This document shows, in pieces, positions 32,463-37,720 of a stretch of 37,720 nucleotides of DNA. Both the position numbers and the translations under genes were made by a program. Position 1 is the stretch's first letter, and every line of letters starts with the position of its first letter. The stretch is taken from positions 167,743 through 205,462 of the IMG/VR virus record IMGVR_UViG_3300012943_000001. One strand, given 5' to 3'. The notes below the pieces were generated by a model, which was given only the letters and a program-made list of their open reading frames with translations, made no database searches and was not told the DNA's origin. This stretch comes from a virus (Duplodnaviria; Heunggongvirae; Uroviricota; Caudoviricetes).

Positions 32463-32567
32463 CGTGCTAATTCTAGGAATCATTTTCCTATCCATCCTCT
32501 ACGCAATCCACCTAACATACCGAAATCCTCCTTGACAATTTAGAAAACGTCCCTCAGCGTCTCGTAC

Positions 32568-32918
32568 ATGAACTTATTCGCTCTCTACCAACTCGCAAAA
32601 GTCTCCGGTTATAACGCTCAGAACAAAGAGATTTATCGCCGCGAAGCTCTCAAACAGCTAAAGAAATTCGCAGATACAATGTCTCTAAAGCCTGAGACGT
32701 TCAATGTTCGATTCAATGCGGGTGGTATCGCTGTGGCAGGCGAAGCAATTCTTCATCACGACAAATTCTACTTGCAAATTAACGAGTACGGCGTATATTG
32801 GCGTACAGTTAAAAGTCAAAAGGATTACTTGGGTGGGCCTAATCGCTGGCTCATCTCTATGACAGGTGCAGACGACTCTCAGGGATTCGAAAAACAAATC
32901 ATCAAACTGCTATCATGA
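32568..32918 (+). CDS. Hypothetical protein
   Basis: ATG 36 nt from TTGACA(32532). Confidence 0.65.
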   Translation: MNLFALYQLAKVSGYNAQNKEIYRREALKQLKKFADTMSLKPETFNVRFNAGGIAVAGEAILHHDKFYLQINEYGVYWRTVKSQKDYLGGPNRWLISMTGADDSQGFEKQIIKLLS

Positions 32919-33241
32919 AAATCGTCATTTCTCAACATGAGGTGGAAAGCCTCATTCGCTATCACTATAAGCTTAATGGTGGTGACCGCATTATCATCAG
33001 TCGCCCGCGTAAGCGTAAAGCCGCTACTGACATCAAAGTTTTTACGGCTAAACTGCCCGAACCTATCAAAGGAGTCGTTCAGAGTGTTGACGAATTCCTC
33101 GCCTCCGGTCAAATGATTGGTGCAATCAAAGCGTATCGCACCGCTACCATGCTCGGTCTCAAGGAAGCGAAGGACGCAATTGAGGACTGGCAGCGGGTTC
33201 GTGCGTTCATCATCACTAACGCCCGCTATCCTCATCAATGA
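32915..33241 (+). CDS. Protein with ribosomal L7/L12 C-terminal-like domain
   Basis: MIGAIKAYRTATMLGLKEAKDAIE resembles KI.AIK..R..T.LGLKEAKD.VE. Confidence 0.7.
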   Translation: MKIVISQHEVESLIRYHYKLNGGDRIIISRPRKRKAATDIKVFTAKLPEPIKGVVQSVDEFLASGQMIGAIKAYRTATMLGLKEAKDAIEDWQRVRAFIITNARYPHQ

Positions 33242-33411
33242 GCTTGTCGAAAGAAATCAAGGATAAGGCTCACCAGACCGCGACAGAGCTTTTAGCCGCG
33301 TCAAAATCTGGCCGCTCAATTGTCCTTAGTTTCGATTCGCTCAGACTCTTAATAGAGAATTGTATGGTAGACGGTATGGCTTTGTATAGAGACAAGCTTA
33401 CTGGTAAGTAA
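33238..33411 (+). CDS. Hypothetical protein, 57 aa (not in ORF track)
   Basis: ATGA coupling; ends just before a terminator. Confidence 0.55.
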   Translation: MSLSKEIKDKAHQTATELLAASKSGRSIVLSFDSLRLLIENCMVDGMALYRDKLTGK

Positions 33412-33436
33412 TTTTTCAGGTTTGTTTATGGGAATC

Positions 33437-33463
33437 GGCCACCTCGAAAGGGGTGGCCTTTTT
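33437..33463 (+). terminator. Intrinsic terminator
   Basis: GGCCACCTC-GAAA-GGGGTGGCC followed by TTTTT. Confidence 0.85.
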
Positions 33464-33686
33464 ATTTGAAAACGAACTAATAATTCGCTAATAAGGTAAA
33501 TTGAAAAATGAGCTTGACACGCTTAATAAAAGAATAGGGCGAGAGATGTCGGTCTCGCGGGCTCGTGCGTACGCGGGCGTGAGTATCTAGGAAACTGTTA
33601 CTGGTACGCTATTTGTAAAAAGATTGTAAACAAAAATAATTCAAAAAAGCTATTGACGCGTTTTTCGTGCGTGCTATTGTTTGCGT

Positions 33687-33854
33687 ATGGTTAAAACCAA
33701 AAAGTCGATTTCAGTAGTGCAGGTGGGAGAGATTTACCGCCTCACCAAAGCAACAAACCTTTTAGACTTTCGCATGGGGAAAACATTCACCAAAGCAGAG
33801 TTGCAAAAAGTTATTGACTCTGACATCATGGTAACGGTAACAAATAACAAATGA
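33687..33854 (+). CDS. Hypothetical protein, 55 aa (not in ORF track)
   Basis: MVKTKKSISVVQVGEIYRL...; ATG 34 nt from TTGACG(33653); ATGA-coupled to the next gene. Confidence 0.6.
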   Translation: MVKTKKSISVVQVGEIYRLTKATNLLDFRMGKTFTKAELQKVIDSDIMVTVTNNK

Positions 33855-34132
33855 ACGCTTTCATTTTGGCCGCGTCCCTCGTCTCCGCCACCTATTGCAC
33901 AGGCAAAGCTATCGAATCTCTTTTAGGTTTCTACCTTTACAGACTTGACCAACAAAGAACTTCCCGCGATTCAGTGTTAAAGCGTCGCAAGAAATTCAAG
34001 TGGCCGCAGTATATTTTTCTTGCCGTTATTTGTTGGGCAATTTTCTTTTCCCGTATCACCACTAATAAAACGACAAACAACCCTTTGTTAGATTCATCAA
34101 TTCAACTCAATCAAATCTCCTCCCATGAATAA
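33851..34132 (+). CDS. Hypothetical membrane protein
   Basis: Two hydrophobic segments. Confidence 0.55.
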   Translation: MNAFILAASLVSATYCTGKAIESLLGFYLYRLDQQRTSRDSVLKRRKKFKWPQYIFLAVICWAIFFSRITTNKTTNNPLLDSSIQLNQISSHE

Positions 34133-34412
34133 AGCAGACCGTCTAAACCTTATCCGCTCCGCCTTCAAACGCAAACCCGCTTTGACTGAGCAAGCATCCG
34201 CAATCATCGAAGAGCTACAGAAAGAGGATGCAGACCTCGGGGGCGTTGCCTCTTATGGCGAATGCCTAGCCGCTGACAATGTGAAGGTTTCCCGCGTCGA
34301 ATCCGACGACGACGAAAGCGAGGCAAACACTGAGATTGTTTCCCCTTTCATGCGTGAGATTCAACAGGAAGAGGCACGCGAGCGGAAAACCTTTGAATCC
34401 GCCCTTGCGTGA
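34125..34412 (+). CDS. Hypothetical protein
   Basis: Co-oriented ORF. Confidence 0.6.
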   Translation: MNKADRLNLIRSAFKRKPALTEQASAIIEELQKEDADLGGVASYGECLAADNVKVSRVESDDDESEANTEIVSPFMREIQQEEARERKTFESALA

Positions 34413-34609
34413 GTCAGCAACAGCAAAACGAAATTGCCGAGGAGTTAAAAGCCCTCGGCTTTAATCTAAAGCGAAATATCCATCGCCGTTTTATAGTATG
34501 GAGCGGCGTTGTTGGTGACGTAGAAATAAAAAAGTTCGTGACAATAAAGGCAATCCGTGCGTTTATAGCAGAGAAGAAAGCAGAATCCCTAAATAAACAA
34601 ACCAAATGA
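34409..34609 (+). CDS. Hypothetical protein
   Basis: GTGA coupling. Confidence 0.55.
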   Translation: MSQQQQNEIAEELKALGFNLKRNIHRRFIVWSGVVGDVEIKKFVTIKAIRAFIAEKKAESLNKQTK

Positions 34610-34791
34610 AAATCTCCGCCCTTGTAGTTTATCGCCTGACCGTCGAAATGGACGTTGACGAAAGCAAACTCAACGATTCGCAATACGTGGAGGAAATCCG
34701 CGACGCTATCAAAACCCGTGCCGAAAAGGATTTGATTGACGGCGTGCAAGGCGTCATTCACGAATGCGATGCCCCTGAGCTAGTAGAATAA
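34606..34791 (+). CDS. Hypothetical protein
   Basis: ATGA coupling. Confidence 0.6.
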   Translation: MKISALVVYRLTVEMDVDESKLNDSQYVEEIRDAIKTRAEKDLIDGVQGVIHECDAPELVE

Positions 34792-34822
34792 TTCAAAAAC
34801 AAATACGTAAACGCCTAATAAC

Positions 34823-35149
34823 ATGACGACGAAACAAGTCAAAGACCTCCGCGAACAATTGCAGGAAGATTTACGCACTGCCCTTGACGGAGCCCCGCAA
34901 GCTATGATTGACGCGGCTTGTCAGGTAGTGGTGAATCGACTACAGCCAACAAAGAAAGGGCGGACTTTCATCCTCACTTTCAAAAACCCGGACGCAATCG
35001 ACAATTCCCTTGTGGATGAGCCGACAGCGGTGCAAAAGGCCGCAAAGGCGTTTCTCCCTAAGTATGTCAGAGATGGGGAATACTTGGATTTAGAGGTGGA
35101 CGTGGACAACAAAACGTTTGAAGTTTTGAAGACTCCACGCGGCTATTGA
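34823..35149 (+). CDS. Hypothetical protein
   Basis: A-rich leader; followed by a terminator. Confidence 0.65.
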   Translation: MTTKQVKDLREQLQEDLRTALDGAPQAMIDAACQVVVNRLQPTKKGRTFILTFKNPDAIDNSLVDEPTAVQKAAKAFLPKYVRDGEYLDLEVDVDNKTFEVLKTPRGY

Positions 35150-35173
35150 TAGAAAAAGTCATTCGTAAGTGTC

Positions 35174-35205
35174 AGCCCTTCGCCTAGTTACGCGAGGGGC
35201 TTTTT
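35174..35205 (+). terminator. Intrinsic terminator
   Basis: AGCCCTTCGC/GCGAGGGGCT followed by a T run. Confidence 0.75.
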
Positions 35206-35256
35206 ATTCTGCGAATTTTTCTTGCGTTTAAGAAACGTCCTGCCATTCCTTATGGC

Positions 35257-36138
35257 ATGAACTCGACTCTCACCGCTCCCTCCCCTGTCAAACGCAAAAA
35301 ACTAGTCCGCAAGGTTTCTCTCCGCTTCTTTGAAGACCAAGCAAATGGCGAATACGGCCTTGCACACGTCGAAACGTTGCAGGGTCAAGACGGCAACGAC
35401 GGATTCAACGCATTTTGGAGCGGTCAAGGTTTATTCCATGACGTGTTTGAGCACGCACACGAGCACACGGACAAACATTTCAAAGGCTGGTTTGCAATGA
35501 ATGCGGGCGGGGAAGTTGCGGCAATGGGGGCAATGTGGTTTTATTATTCACAGTGCGGCATGTCGAATCGCTTAAATTCAAGCTATCACTCCCCGGATGA
35601 AATCACGATTTCAGGCACTTGCGAAATGATGAAAGAAAGCATTCAGGAAGGTTATTGCAATTTTGGTGACACGTTAGAAAGCAACGTTCCGAACCAAAAA
35701 CCAGTAAACGACGGGACGCTTGAATGGATGATTGAGGAGCATTTTGACCGCATCCAAGCAACAGAGCCGAAAGGGCACGATGAAAGAGACGTTGAACGCG
35801 GGCAGGCGTACAAGGCAAGTGTGACCCGTGAAAAGCTGGCAAACCTTTATCGCTACGGCTACCGCATGGCGGAAAAGCTTGTAAGCACGGAAACCTCATG
35901 GAATGGAGATGCGTTGACGACGTTCAAAGCGTTTTGGGATAAGTTTTGCACTCAGCACAAGGCGGAAGAGTTGGCAATGCGGTTTCGCGGTCTTGACTTT
36001 TCAATCTATCGCAATGCGGAAGGGTTGATTGAATGGAAAGCGGAATTCACAAAGCACGCGGGCGACTACGAATTTACGCCTGTCCGTATCGTCGCAAAAG
36101 CAAATCAAAACCCCTATATCGACGGAGAACTTTTTTAA
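35257..36138 (+). CDS. Hypothetical protein (HDVFEH motif)
   Basis: 293-aa ORF; ATG 35 nt from TTGCGT(35222). Confidence 0.7.
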   Translation: MNSTLTAPSPVKRKKLVRKVSLRFFEDQANGEYGLAHVETLQGQDGNDGFNAFWSGQGLFHDVFEHAHEHTDKHFKGWFAMNAGGEVAAMGAMWFYYSQCGMSNRLNSSYHSPDEITISGTCEMMKESIQEGYCNFGDTLESNVPNQKPVNDGTLEWMIEEHFDRIQATEPKGHDERDVERGQAYKASVTREKLANLYRYGYRMAEKLVSTETSWNGDALTTFKAFWDKFCTQHKAEELAMRFRGLDFSIYRNAEGLIEWKAEFTKHAGDYEFTPVRIVAKANQNPYIDGELF

Positions 36139-36193
36139 GCTGACTTGAAAGATTTTTCTTGCGTTTCACCTCTTCCCGCTCATTCTCCCTCTC

Positions 36194-36460
36194 ATGAAGC
36201 TTGAAAACTTTCACGAAACCCTGTCCTCTGCTTTGAATAACGCTCTCGCATATCACGCTGCGGAAGGCGTTAAAATGTCGGAGGCGGAAGAGTATAACCT
36301 ACGCGAAAAATTCGCTTTTGATGGGGTCAAGTACGAACAAACCAAACAAGCAAGCGGACCGATTGAAAGCATCAAAGGAAAAGCAACTAAAAAGTGGTTG
36401 CATATCTCAATTTATCGCATGTCATCCGGTCGTTACGAGTTGACGACGTATTGCCTTTAA
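36194..36460 (+). CDS. Hypothetical protein
   Basis: ATG 35 nt from TTGCGT(36159)-N16-CATTCT. Confidence 0.65.
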   Translation: MKLENFHETLSSALNNALAYHAAEGVKMSEAEEYNLREKFAFDGVKYEQTKQASGPIESIKGKATKKWLHISIYRMSSGRYELTTYCL

Positions 36461-36508
36461 TCGAAGATTTTTCTTGCAAGTAAACTTTCACCCTCTACTC
36501 TCCACCCG

Positions 36509-36910
36509 ATGAAACTCTATTCTCTCAACCGCTCCCGCCTCTTTGAAATCATTGCGAGCCTTCCGCAAGTTCCCTTCCAATTCGCTCACGTCGGGGAATT
36601 GTTCGTTGACGTTTATCTGTCAGACTCTCACGCCTTGACGATTCAAGCCAACTTTAGCCATTCAATCTCCCTTATCCGTCCCGAGGTGGGGCAGAAATTC
36701 AAGCTCACGAAATCGGGCTTGCGTACCATATCGGACTCTTGCCGCTCAATCCACGCTTATCCCTCGCAGAATTTTGTTGACAAAATTTCGGACTATGTGG
36801 GGCAAATTGGTATTGCTTCCCATACCTTCCCGCCCGGCTTTGATATAACATTGCAGTTTTCAGACGGTCAATCATTCCACGCAAAAACGCATTGGTTAGA
36901 GTTTGCTTGA
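36509..36910 (+). CDS. Hypothetical protein
   Basis: ATG 35 nt from TTGCAA(36474)-N16-TACTCT. Confidence 0.6.
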   Translation: MKLYSLNRSRLFEIIASLPQVPFQFAHVGELFVDVYLSDSHALTIQANFSHSISLIRPEVGQKFKLTKSGLRTISDSCRSIHAYPSQNFVDKISDYVGQIGIASHTFPPGFDITLQFSDGQSFHAKTHWLEFA

Positions 36911-36969
36911 AGATTTTTCTTGCCTTTCAAGTTTCCCCTCTCATTCTCTCACTCGTAACTCCCTCCCAT

Positions 36970-37302
36970 ATGAACCTAAAAGAAATCACTGCAATCAATG
37001 GCAAGAAACTGAAAAAGTCTCATGTCAATCTCCTCGTGAAGCTGGCGGACAAATTCAATGTCACCGCTTCCGACGTTAAGGAAGTCCGCTCTAATCCGTT
37101 CACCGGGGCACGTAAAGAGCTTGAACCGCTCGCCGTTGCCCTTTTTGATTTCATTGTCCCGAACTATCACAAAGGACTAGTCAAAGGCTCCACGGCTGAA
37201 AGCATGTTAAACCCCAACGCAATCCCGACGCAAATCTGGGACTCCTCCCGCCATTTCTTTCTGGAGTATTGGCCGGAAGAATACTTTGCACTGATTGACT
37301 AA
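36970..37302 (+). CDS. Hypothetical protein
   Basis: ATG 36970 downstream of the repeated promoter GATTTTTCTTGCCT. Confidence 0.65.
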   Translation: MNLKEITAINGKKLKKSHVNLLVKLADKFNVTASDVKEVRSNPFTGARKELEPLAVALFDFIVPNYHKGLVKGSTAESMLNPNAIPTQIWDSSRHFFLEYWPEEYFALID

Positions 37303-37321
37303 GCAAACGGCTTATCATATC

Positions 37322-37349
37322 GCCCGCCCTCACAAGGGGCGGGTTTTTT
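37322..37349 (+). terminator. Intrinsic terminator
   Basis: GCCCGCCCT/GGGGCGGGT followed by a T run. Confidence 0.85.
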
Positions 37350-37720
37350 GTTTGTTCCACGTGGAACTTTATTCGCGGAAAACTTTTTCAAAATAAAGTG
37401 TTGACGCGTTCGCGGTCGTTTGTTCTCCTCATGTCATCGAAAGGGCTTGCGGAACGCTCCCCTTGAAGAGTTGAAGGTGATTCCCCGAGGGGTGGCCTAA
37501 GAGTGGGGGACCAAGGGGCGGGCTCAAAACTAACTTCCTCGTTTTTACAATTCTTTTACATTGACAAAAAGAAATTTCCACCTGTCAAGCGAAAAGCAAA
37601 AACCTGATTCGATTTATTTTTAACTTAGTGCGGAATTTTTCTTGCGTTTCAAAAAACGCTCCTCATCGTCTAGCTCGTTAGATTAAACCATAAACAAAAC
37701 TAAATCGCACTCATATGAAA

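Noticed and set aside
33530-33600. GC-rich CGCGGGC..CGTACGCGGGCG patch as an origin or genome end
   Set aside because: Short and with no iterons, DnaA boxes or terminal-repeat evidence within the window
1-37720. Genome-wide TAG reassignment (genetic code 15)
   Set aside because: Genes tile densely under code 11, long genes (cca, amidoligase-like) have no internal TAG, and two genes appear to end in TAG; only local readthrough remains possible
1-37720. CRISPR array, rRNA, IS or integrase
   Set aside because: No regularly spaced direct repeats, rRNA signature, transposase or recombinase motifs seen

Overview
This 37.7 kb window looks like part of a large lytic phage genome. About 80 short, mostly hypothetical genes are almost all on the + strand and tightly coupled (many ATGA/TAATG overlaps). 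There are many sigma70-type promoters and intrinsic terminators; I saw no rRNA, CRISPR array or recognisable virion or replication module. Recognisable proteins: trypsin-like protease, PEP-CTERM protein, monotopic phosphoglycosyl transferase, HD-domain protein, GroES, SLOG/YspA, two HNH endonucleases, RlaP-like nucleotidyltransferase, M50 protease, PRTase, amidoligase-like protein, CCA-adding enzyme, nucleoid-like HTH protein and SleB-type hydrolase. The PEP-CTERM tail and the HTH protein hint at a Verrucomicrobia (Opitutae-like) host; this is inference. The most striking content is non-coding. There is an RNase P RNA-like gene (7129-7426) with a strongly reduced specificity domain, and five normal-shaped tRNAs including an amber (CUA) suppressor. 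A cluster of tRNA-shaped RNAs has large D-arm or variable-arm expansions and non-7-nt anticodon loops. Several long unassigned structured RNAs occur, some preceded by rrn-type boxA motifs. At least 14 genes appear to be transcribed as leaderless mRNAs. All RNA structures were folded by eye and need covariance-model confirmation.
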